A stretch of 64,000 bases of DNA from a virus (taxonomy: Duplodnaviria; Caudoviricetes). The notes beneath the pieces are model-generated. The model was not told where the DNA came from. It did no database searches and saw only the letters and a program-made list of their open reading frames with translations. Shown here one piece after another: positions 38,223 to 45,950 of the stretch (positions within the stretch are counted from its first letter, which is position 1; each line of letters opens with the position of its first letter). Location: positions 128,001 to 192,000 of IMG/VR virus record IMGVR_UViG_3300025707_000003; one strand, given 5' to 3'. Position numbers and translations under genes: made by a program.

Positions 38223-38587
38223 TGACATACCTAAGTAGAGACAGCGAGGGGCGAATGATCCCCAACCCCTCATTAATGACCAACATAGAAATGACCCAAC
38301 ACCTATCCCCCGCTGATTGGAAAGATGTTTTTGCGGAGATTGGGTTTGTAGACGACCAAGACCCTTATCCTAAGCATAACGCAAATTTATATCCAGACAG
38401 AGTTCACTACAAACACGACAAGGACTCCAACCTTCGCCTTAGCTTTGACAGTAGTATAAATCTGGTCACTATCTCCACAGATACCACTGAAGAAATCTAT
38501 ATTTACCCTGTTGATTCTAACTCTTTAAGCTATGCAATTGGACTCTTGTTAAAAACCATACGAGGTCTATATGAAACTCACTGTTGA
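38219..38587 (+). CDS. 'ExGF...IRxVW' family paralog
   Basis: FAEIGF ... KTIRGLY. Confidence 0.55.
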   Translation: MMTYLSRDSEGRMIPNPSLMTNIEMTQHLSPADWKDVFAEIGFVDDQDPYPKHNANLYPDRVHYKHDKDSNLRLSFDSSINLVTISTDTTEEIYIYPVDSNSLSYAIGLLLKTIRGLYETHC

Positions 38588-39017
38588 ACTCGTCCCTCAA
38601 TCCTCATGGGGCAATAACCTACGCTCTGAAGCCAACCTCTCCAAAGCTCAATGGGATAAGCTACGCAAAGCCTCTTACAAGCAAGCAGGGTACAAATGCG
38701 AGGTCTGTGGGGGTAAAGGATCTAAGTGGCCAGTAGAGTGCCACGAGATTTGGCACTATGATGACCAGAACAAAAATCAAACTCTCAAGGGTCTGATTTC
38801 TCTCTGCCCCACCTGCCACAAAGCAAAGCACATCGGACGAACCTTATCCGTTGAACCCCCACAAGTTCAATCGCAGGTACTACATCAACTCGCTTCGATT
38901 AATAACCTTACACCCCAAAAGACTGAGGACTACATCGTCCGAGTCTTTGAAGTATGGAACGAGAGATCCCAACATCAGTGGACGCTAGACCTCTCGTGGC
39001 TCGATGATAACCTTTAA
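38571..39017 (+). CDS. HNH endonuclease
   Basis: CEVCG...ECHEIWHY...LCPTCHKAKH. Confidence 0.85.
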   Translation: MKLTVELVPQSSWGNNLRSEANLSKAQWDKLRKASYKQAGYKCEVCGGKGSKWPVECHEIWHYDDQNKNQTLKGLISLCPTCHKAKHIGRTLSVEPPQVQSQVLHQLASINNLTPQKTEDYIVRVFEVWNERSQHQWTLDLSWLDDNL

Positions 39018-39021
39018 AATC

Positions 39022-39381
39022 TTAACCACCTAGTATTTCTTCGATCTCTTTTGAAGAAAGCACAACTGGTAACCCTAAAGGATTTTTACGCTCATGTGTC
39101 CATACCGACCTTATGGTATCGAACAAGCTTTGGCGTGTAAAAAACATCTCGGAGTAGTTGTTTATTTCGACTATCCAGCCATGTCTTTCTTCCCCTTGCT
39201 GGATAACCTTTAACACCCCCTCGTCTGTCTTTAAAGCGTAGATTCCAGAATCAATCGGTTCAAACCCTATCTCCAAACAAGCACCTCTAATCAAATCTTC
39301 AGCCTCTTCATCAGGTAAGAGTTTGTGATACTCCCACTCAATCTTCCCATTCACTTTGCGTGTGTATCTTTTCATAATCAA
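39022..39381 (-). CDS. 'ExGF...IRxVW' family paralog
   Basis: CLEIGF ... DTIRSVW. Confidence 0.65.
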   Translation of the reverse strand: MIMKRYTRKVNGKIEWEYHKLLPDEEAEDLIRGACLEIGFEPIDSGIYALKTDEGVLKVIQQGEERHGWIVEINNYSEMFFTRQSLFDTIRSVWTHERKNPLGLPVVLSSKEIEEILGG

Positions 39382-39614
39382 GCACTCGCTCTAAAGAGCA
39401 TGGTGTTAAGTGCTTGGATCTTACGCTCTACCCAAAGAACAGTCTTGAGGACAAAGCTCGGTTCGTCCAGCACAGTCAGAGTATTTACCATAGCCTTATA
39501 AGCCTTCGGATCAAACTCTAGGTCATCATTATTTGGGATCTTTACATGGTGTGATCCATCTCGCTCGATTATGATGATGATTGATTCTTGTAGATCTCTT
39601 TTAGTTAGACTCAT
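39378..39614 (-). CDS. hypothetical protein
   Basis: Coupled by ATGA overlaps. Confidence 0.55.
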   Translation of the reverse strand: MSLTKRDLQESIIIIIERDGSHHVKIPNNDDLEFDPKAYKAMVNTLTVLDEPSFVLKTVLWVERKIQALNTMLFRASA

Positions 39615-39897
39615 GGATAAGTCCTTTTTCCTTTAAGGAGTTTGTAAGTTGCCCCCAAGTCATCGTTGATGTTAGGGGGAGTATGATTGTACTTGTGGTA
39701 AAGTTTAAGGTAAGCAACTTGTTCTCCAACCTCACGCTGTTAAGTGTCGGAGCGATTGTCTTTAAAAATCTCTCTAGTCGGCTTTCGCTTAACAGCGTGA
39801 GAGGAGTCTCCTTATGAGTCTTGAGGGTTGTACTTGTGGTAAAGTTTGTTGACATAGATCGCCACCCCTCCCCAAATGCTCTGTAGTGGACAGTCAA
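39601..39897 (-). CDS. hypothetical protein
   Basis: Thr-rich; NFTTST occurs twice; start uncertain (possibly 39855). Confidence 0.4.
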   Translation of the reverse strand: MTVHYRAFGEGWRSMSTNFTTSTTLKTHKETPLTLLSESRLERFLKTIAPTLNSVRLENKLLTLNFTTSTIILPLTSTMTWGQLTNSLKEKGLIHESN

Positions 39898-41002
39898 GAG
39901 GCTTCATACAAGGCTCAACTAGACCACCAAAGTCATCGGTATGATCGCATTTGTGAGTACAGGAGATGAGAGCCTTGACATGAAACAGACAACCGTCCTT
40001 ATGGTTCTTTTCTGTTTCAAAGAGTCTTACTGCTTTCAAGGCATACCTAGTATAGCGACCGTCAATCTGATTAAGAGCATCAAGTCGGTCTTGATCTATA
40101 TCCACAGGGATTATTACATAATCCTCTCGCTTCTTTTGGGTCAACACGATGTTTCGTGCGACCATGTCTCGGTACACCTCATAGCTACCCTTCACTTCAT
40201 TTAAAGTCATCTCGATAGGGTCAAAGGAAGCACTCTTGCGAAGCTCTCTCAGATCATAGCTCGGTTGAGTGTCCTTTTCTACCTCTTGAGTCTCCATATT
40301 GCCCTCTACAGGCAGTTCGATCTCAAGGGTAGGTTCTACCACCTCTTGAACCTCAACAGGCTCTACAGGAGCAACCTCAACCTCAACCTCAACAGGCTCT
40401 TGCTCTTGCTCTGCAACAGGCTCAAGTGTAGTCGTGCTTACCTGCACACTTGAAGTGATGTACCCATCCTCTACTTTATCAAGAGAGATGCGGTAGTCCT
40501 TAGACCCACCGACATTCTCCACCAACTCATTTGTGGTAGTGTCGATGTGGGCTTCGATGACAGCTGGGTTGTCCACCTCAACAGGGACATGAGTTTCCTC
40601 GACCTCTTGAGTTTCCTCGACCTCAAGGGTAGGCTCGACCACAGTTTCGACCACAGGCTCAACCTTTTTAGCCTTAGCCTTCTTAGCCTTAGCCTTAGCC
40701 TTAGCCTTAGCAGGGATTGTGGTAAGGTCAAAGTCGGGGTGGTAGTACCCACGCTTATGGGTGATAAGTTCACCACTCTTTTTAAGTTCCTGTATGCAGT
40801 CATAGACCTTGACCTGTACGACAGACCAATTGTGCTTACTCTTGGTCATGCCGAACTGATCTACGAGAACAGGATTAGCATCACAGTACAGTGTCTCTAA
40901 CTGTCCTGTACTCTCGCCTGGGTTCGCCTGTACTAGAGCAGGAAGTTCAGCTCGGATACGAGTCTTGAGGTTTTCGATGTCTTGCTTTGTGTAGGTAGCC
41001 AT
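39812..41002 (-). CDS. wHTH + (AK)n basic tract + Glu/Val/Pro-rich linker + Cys/His C-terminal domain
   Basis: Start MATYTKQ at 41002 with GGAGA RBS behind motif 41049; TTAGCC repeats encode AKAKAKAKKAKAKK. Confidence 0.6.
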   Translation of the reverse strand: MATYTKQDIENLKTRIRAELPALVQANPGESTGQLETLYCDANPVLVDQFGMTKSKHNWSVVQVKVYDCIQELKKSGELITHKRGYYHPDFDLTTIPAKAKAKAKAKKAKAKKVEPVVETVVEPTLEVEETQEVEETHVPVEVDNPAVIEAHIDTTTNELVENVGGSKDYRISLDKVEDGYITSSVQVSTTTLEPVAEQEQEPVEVEVEVAPVEPVEVQEVVEPTLEIELPVEGNMETQEVEKDTQPSYDLRELRKSASFDPIEMTLNEVKGSYEVYRDMVARNIVLTQKKREDYVIIPVDIDQDRLDALNQIDGRYTRYALKAVRLFETEKNHKDGCLFHVKALISCTHKCDHTDDFGGLVEPCMKPLDCPLQSIWGGVAIYVNKLYHKYNPQDS

Positions 41003-41078
41003 GTTGTTCTCCTTAGTGAGTGTGGGCTGATTACATAGAGTTATAAATAGGGGGTTACAGCGAAGCACCCGATGAGGA

Positions 41079-41684
41079 CTATAGGGTAGGGTTGTCAATC
41101 CCATTCACAGTCGCTGAAGCAGGGAGTTTGTACTGTCTCCATTTACGACTGGTGAGGTCTAACTCACGACTGATAGCGTTCTTGATTTGGACATGAAGAC
41201 CACTTTTAGTCTTTCTCGCATCTCCGTTGGGATCAGCCGAGAGAACACGCTCTCCGATGATGATTCCACGAACATGGACATCACCTGTTCCATCGTGGAT
41301 AGAGACACCCTTCACACCTGCTGGATGATCGCTGTAAGCCTCAAGATGAGAGTTGTCATCGTTAGACCCTGTGGCTGACTGACGGAGTGCTGTCAGCAGA
41401 CCTTTCTTGCGTGGCTGATCCCCATCGAGAGCGAGATCAAAGTCAAGATCGGTAAAGACCAACCCACGATCCTCAAGATCCACCTTGAGCTTGGCTCGAT
41501 CAGCCGACTCTACCTTGACCATATCCATAGCGGCGATGGTCTTGTGGTCAGTACCCACGAGCATCGACACCTCGACAGTATGCCTCCCTCTGACAGTGCC
41601 TCCGTCTTTCTTGAGGTCAGCCTTGCCCGACTTGGTTGTAGTGAAAGTTAAAGTTGTGTTTGGTGTTGCTGTGATGTTCTGCAT
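41079..41684 (-). CDS. hypothetical protein (paralog of 42833..43354)
   Basis: VHVRGIIIG...QIKNAISRELDL. Confidence 0.6.
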   Translation of the reverse strand: MQNITATPNTTLTFTTTKSGKADLKKDGGTVRGRHTVEVSMLVGTDHKTIAAMDMVKVESADRAKLKVDLEDRGLVFTDLDFDLALDGDQPRKKGLLTALRQSATGSNDDNSHLEAYSDHPAGVKGVSIHDGTGDVHVRGIIIGERVLSADPNGDARKTKSGLHVQIKNAISRELDLTSRKWRQYKLPASATVNGIDNPTL

Positions 41685-41790
41685 GGGAGTCTCCTTTCAA
41701 GAGATGTGGTTTGCAGTTTGAAATGATTATATGATTGCTGGTAAATGTTTCCTAGCCTCTCACACTAGGATATATTTAAGGGGTTACAGC

Positions 41791-42063
41791 TTACGCTCCC
41801 CCGACTCGCTCTAACAGAGATGTTTGAGCGTTCTCGATCAGCTCTGCCTTGTTCTTCGCCTCATAAGAGTGGAGGACATCGAGTTTGTTCTCACGATTGA
41901 GAGAGGCATAGTAAGCAGACACCTTAGATCGTACTGCCTTAACTGTGGGCTTTTCCTCAGCCTCTCCCATTAAGAGAGAGAAGCTGAGAGAGCTGATGAT
42001 GTCGCTGATTCTGTTAGAAGCCTCTGAGTAGGTTAAAAGTGCGTTCATGTCTTTAGTCTCCAT
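41791..42063 (-). CDS. hypothetical protein
   Basis: ORF behind motif 42108. Confidence 0.55.
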   Translation of the reverse strand: METKDMNALLTYSEASNRISDIISSLSFSLLMGEAEEKPTVKAVRSKVSAYYASLNRENKLDVLHSYEAKNKAELIENAQTSLLERVGGA

Positions 42064-42157
42064 TGGGAGTTAGGGGTGAGGATCGTTCCTCATATAATGG
42101 TATAGATAAGGGGTTACGCTTCAGTCAAGTATTTGATTTACTTAGCAAAAGCGTGTA

Positions 42158-42201
42158 GCGTAACCCCTTCTCTATTACCTAACATGAAGGCAATCAAGCC
42201 C
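42158..42201 (+). repeat. 44-bp imperfect direct repeat (copy 2 at 42611..42654, 41/44 identical)
   Basis: GCGTAACCCCTT..TCTAT.AC.TAACATGAAGGCAATCAAGCCC flanks the 42227..42616 gene. Confidence 0.85.
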
Positions 42202-42226
42202 CACCACCACTCCCAAAGGAGAAAAA

Positions 42227-42616
42227 ATGAAACCACAAACAAAGACTAGACTAGACGAGATAGAGAGTACCGACCACAAACAAAGTGGCTTCCTCTCTTG
42301 CGGGGGAGATGAGTATCAGATCTCTTGTGGAGAGGCAAAATGGGAAGTGGATAACGCTCTAGCTCTAGCACAGCTCCTCATGTTAATCGAGGAGGATGAA
42401 GAAATTCAATCATTTTCCATCTTGAGCGGAGCGAATGGCTATGACCATGTTTTTACCCGCTCCAAGTCAGGATGGCTCATACAGGATCATCATCTGGTCA
42501 ATGGGGTTTGGTTTCAAGAAACCACACGCTCTCCTGTCTCAATGCCTTTTCTCATTGACTCTTATCCCGATGATTGGGATGAGTTGGATTGGTGGTGCGA
42601 AAAAGGGGAAGCGTAA
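42227..42616 (+). CDS. hypothetical acidic protein
   Basis: GGAGA RBS; the stop is the TAA inside GTAACCCC. Confidence 0.6.
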   Translation: MKPQTKTRLDEIESTDHKQSGFLSCGGDEYQISCGEAKWEVDNALALAQLLMLIEEDEEIQSFSILSGANGYDHVFTRSKSGWLIQDHHLVNGVWFQETTRSPVSMPFLIDSYPDDWDELDWWCEKGEA

Positions 42617-42676
42617 CCCCTTATCTATAACTTAACATGAAGGCAATCAAGCCCAACTCTCATAAAGGAGACTTTC

Positions 42677-42820
42677 ATGAAAAACTTCCCAACAAAGCAT
42701 TTGAAGAAGGTCGCTAAAGCTACTCTTGTCTCACTGAGACCAGGGCCTCGCCCCAACCCTTTTATAAAGAAAGAGGAAGAGGAAATTCCTCACAGCCTTA
42801 TCACCAAGATTATTAAATAA
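42677..42820 (+). CDS. unannotated 47-aa peptide MKNFPTKHLKKVAK...
   Basis: AGGAG RBS behind motif 42613; below the ORF-track cutoff. Confidence 0.5.
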   Translation: MKNFPTKHLKKVAKATLVSLRPGPRPNPFIKKEEEEIPHSLITKIIK

Positions 42821-42832
42821 AGGAGAACCACC

Positions 42833-43354
42833 ATGACTAACCACCCAAGAGTAAAACTGTCAAGAATCAACGGAGACAACAAATACTCTGTCATCCTCGA
42901 CATGACCATCTCATACAAAGAGGTTCTTAACGAGCGTCTTAATCGCCTCAACGCTTTCGTTGCCGAGAACAGCCTTGAGAGTGCAACTCGCCTCATCAAT
43001 GAGGCAGGTGTGGCCTGCACGACTAAGGATGTGGACAAGGTGATCTTTGGTAGCAAGGGTCTTATCCCTAGCACCATCGCTTCTCTTAATGGGAATAATA
43101 CGAACCGTCCTAAGAGCTACAGTGGCAAGCTCACTCGCAGAGATGGAAGCCCCCACTTCATCGACCAAAACGGAACAGAGTTTGTCCGAGGTGTCATCGT
43201 TGATGGACACTACCCACAGAAGACTCCAACCCATCTCTTCACAGCGATCCGAAACTGCATCGAGTCTAACTTGAACCTCCCACGCTACATCCGTCATGAG
43301 ATCCAAGAGCATGACGAGACTGTGGATCGTGATGAGAACAACAACCCTCAGTAA
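42833..43354 (+). CDS. hypothetical protein (paralog of 41079..41684)
   Basis: EFVRGVIVD...AIRNCIESNLNL. Confidence 0.6.
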   Translation: MTNHPRVKLSRINGDNKYSVILDMTISYKEVLNERLNRLNAFVAENSLESATRLINEAGVACTTKDVDKVIFGSKGLIPSTIASLNGNNTNRPKSYSGKLTRRDGSPHFIDQNGTEFVRGVIVDGHYPQKTPTHLFTAIRNCIESNLNLPRYIRHEIQEHDETVDRDENNNPQ

Positions 43355-43428
43355 GAGAGCCACCACATGACGCTCAAGCTCATCGTACTAATGATTATCA
43401 GAACGGCTCTGCCTAAAGGAGAAGAACA

Positions 43429-43521
43429 ATGCTCTCAACGATCTTAGACATCGCGGGTGTAGCGAGCATCTGCCTCATCGGGATTTTCATCGTCAGCTAC
43501 TATCGCACGAAGAACCTGTAA
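43429..43521 (+). CDS. unannotated 30-aa single-TM peptide MLSTILDIAGVASICLIGIFIVSYYRTKNL
   Basis: AGGAG RBS; the stop is the TAA inside GTAACCCC at 43518. Confidence 0.55.
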   Translation: MLSTILDIAGVASICLIGIFIVSYYRTKNL

Positions 43522-43577
43522 CCCCTTATCTATAACCATACATGAGGAACGATCCTCAACTCTTTAAAGGAGAAACA

Positions 43578-43805
43578 ATGACCACTACTAGAACACCCCT
43601 AAGCCTTAAACTCGATAAGTTAGAGGGTACACCTCTCAAGGCGATGCTGTGGCACTTGAATGAGGCTGTTAACGGCCCATACATCACCGAAAAGAACATG
43701 AAAGGCTGTACAGACCTCGCTATCAACGAAGCTCTCAGTCTCCTCAAGAAAGAGAGCGAGTCAATGTTCGATGAAGTATCCTCGCAAATGGGAGTAAAAG
43801 CATGA
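43578..43805 (+). CDS. hypothetical protein
   Basis: Start MTTTRTP with AGGAG RBS behind motif 43518. Confidence 0.55.
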   Translation: MTTTRTPLSLKLDKLEGTPLKAMLWHLNEAVNGPYITEKNMKGCTDLAINEALSLLKKESESMFDEVSSQMGVKA

Positions 43806-43978
43806 GCATCAAAAGACATCTATCAGTTCTGTTCTACCGAGAGCGTTGCCAGAGGGAGACACTGACCTCAATGCTCGAAAAGTTAAATGAGCAAGAGGCT
43901 CATGCTCTATGGAGACTACTCCAAGAGAAAGAGCAACAAGCTAACCGAGCGAAAAGTAAAGCCAATCGAGGCTGGTAA
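43802..43978 (+). CDS. unannotated 58-aa protein MSIKRHLSVLFY...
   Basis: ATGA coupling to the upstream gene. Confidence 0.5.
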   Translation: MSIKRHLSVLFYRERCQRETLTSMLEKLNEQEAHALWRLLQEKEQQANRAKSKANRGW

Positions 43979-44060
43979 AAAGTATTTAAAAGTTTTGTCC
44001 GATTCTCAATGTTCAAGTCGTTAGAGATATCAACACTACTCGTAAAGAGAGAGAACAGTT

Positions 44061-44633
44061 ATGGTAAACATCATCAAGCCAGAGTTTCTAAAGTGGAACT
44101 CAAACAATTCTAAAGAACACTTCGACATGAACTTCGACATGAACTCATGGGAGACAGGTGGTGAGACTTTTTTCAATGTGTTCAAATCAGAGACTTTCAA
44201 TCTCTGCACTTACAGTAGAGTAAAGAAAGAATATGTTCTTGAGACCGAAGGCGTAAACATCATCAGCCAAGAGCAAAAGTCTCAAGAGATGCCATTCTTC
44301 GATGACTCTGAGGATGAGATCATATCTGAACAACACGAGATCGAAATCGAATGGTTGATCACTGATCCTAAAGGTCATGTCTTTATCACTGTTGACGATA
44401 AACGAGTAGGCATCGAATGGGCTGACAGAAGGATCAAGGATCTACAAGGGAATGAAGCAAGACTGATACCTAGTGAACCGTATCGAGTAGAAGAGATCCT
44501 TACATCAGATGAACATGATACCCTCATCGAAATCAAACGACTCGCCCGTTTAAGAGATATGTCAACAGGCAAGACTCGTGAAATGTTAACCTTCAAAATT
44601 CTAGGTTTGAGTGTAATAAATGAAAGACTTTAG
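44061..44633 (+). CDS. hypothetical protein (tandem paralog A)
   Basis: YRVEEILT...IKRLAR. Confidence 0.55.
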   Translation: MVNIIKPEFLKWNSNNSKEHFDMNFDMNSWETGGETFFNVFKSETFNLCTYSRVKKEYVLETEGVNIISQEQKSQEMPFFDDSEDEIISEQHEIEIEWLITDPKGHVFITVDDKRVGIEWADRRIKDLQGNEARLIPSEPYRVEEILTSDEHDTLIEIKRLARLRDMSTGKTREMLTFKILGLSVINERL

Positions 44634-45204
44634 AACCTTCGGTCGGGGTGGTTGTGAATGGGGCGATTGGGAGGAATCAGCGTTCGATTGCGACTCACCC
44701 AATGATCGAAATGGGGCGTGTGCATACTTCGATTCCTGGCCTGAGTGTTCTGCCATGCAGTTCAGAGTATGGCACATAAAAGAAGATCTACACATAGAAC
44801 TCAAAGGTGAAGGGTTTAAAGTCACCGATACAAAGACCAAGTTCTTTCCAGATGATTGCGAAGGGAAAGACTGTAACTCGTACCTTACCACTATCGTCTT
44901 TCAGATTATCGAACCTCAAGGAAGGACTGAGGTCGTCATACCTTCGGAAGATATTTTCCAAGATGAGTGTGTTATCAAGTGGGATAAAAAATATCTCTAT
45001 GACCTCGATGGTCAAAAAGCAAAACTCGATATAAAATCTGTTGACCACTATAAGATCGAAGAGATCCTAACTGCTAAACAAAGAAAAAACTACGCTCTAC
45101 AGGACAGAACTATCAAGCTAAAAAAGATCGTTCGCAAGATGGGCAGATACGACATCAGTTCTCAAATAGATATAGCAAGGATGTGTGGAGACTTTAATTT
45201 TTAG
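44620..45204 (+). CDS. hypothetical protein (tandem paralog B)
   Basis: YKIEEILT...LKKIVR. Confidence 0.55.
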   Translation: MKDFRTFGRGGCEWGDWEESAFDCDSPNDRNGACAYFDSWPECSAMQFRVWHIKEDLHIELKGEGFKVTDTKTKFFPDDCEGKDCNSYLTTIVFQIIEPQGRTEVVIPSEDIFQDECVIKWDKKYLYDLDGQKAKLDIKSVDHYKIEEILTAKQRKNYALQDRTIKLKKIVRKMGRYDISSQIDIARMCGDFNF

Positions 45205-45401
45205 TCGCCCACCATTTAAATAATAACTACCGTAAAACCCATTTCCAGATTTTAAAACCCAAAATCTTTCTGGGTTTAATCTTAATAGTTGTTTTATTGT
45301 TTGTGTGGTAGAATGCACCACAACACACAGACCTACATACATCTTGCGTGTGTTGTAAGTCTGACAACATTAAGTTTTCTTCTAATAGGGGTTCACATAG
45401 T

Positions 45402-45950
45402 ATGCCAGTACCAGGAGCAGTGAGTGGAGCGATCATGGCTTCCTCTAGTAGTAAGACCCCACAAATGGCTCAGATAGCACAGGGTGTAGAGCTTGGTTTA
45501 TATCAGTGGTTATTAGCGAGTACAGTACAAGGTGTGGCTCAAGGCACAGTAGGTAGTGGTGTATGTGTAGGCTCAATGGTGGTAGTGCCTAATGCACCTT
45601 TAATGGAGACAGCCTTTAAGAGTAATCTGTTAGTGGGTGTCTTTGCACCTGTCATGTGGGTTCCGATTATGCTTGGCATAAGTCAGCCTTATTTTTTTGG
45701 AGGTGCAGTAGCAGGTGTAGGTGTTGGTTCATTTGTAGGGGGGATAGTGGGCGACCCTATTTTATTAACACAGTTGTTAGTGAGTAGTTTCACGAGTGTT
45801 GGTATTGTAGGATTAGAAGTACCTCGTATATGTAGTGCTTTAGGGCAAGGGATCAGTTCACACTTTTTAACAACCGTAGCGAATGGTGTAGTAGCAGGAG
45901 TTCCTGGTCCCTCAGCATCAGCCACAGGATTTGTAGGGAGATTTATATGA
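45402..45950 (+). CDS. Gly/Val-rich hypothetical structural protein
   Basis: Start MPVPGAVSG; coupled to the 3039-aa gene. Confidence 0.55.
   Translation: MPVPGAVSGAIMASSSSKTPQMAQIAQGVELGLYQWLLASTVQGVAQGTVGSGVCVGSMVVVPNAPLMETAFKSNLLVGVFAPVMWVPIMLGISQPYFFGGAVAGVGVGSFVGGIVGDPILLTQLLVSSFTSVGIVGLEVPRICSALGQGISSHFLTTVANGVVAGVPGPSASATGFVGRFI

Noticed and set aside
23267-43527. Repeated GTAACCCCTT motif as a CRISPR array, with the Cas4-like gene as cas
   Set aside because: The copies are about 10 bp, occur on both strands and are separated by whole genes rather than 30-40-nt spacers. No cas1, cas2 or effector genes are present, and solo Cas4-like nucleases are common in phages.
22000-45200. True integron
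   Set aside because: No tyrosine integrase or attC-like RYYYAAC...GTTRRRY hairpins were recognised. The resemblance is only organisational.
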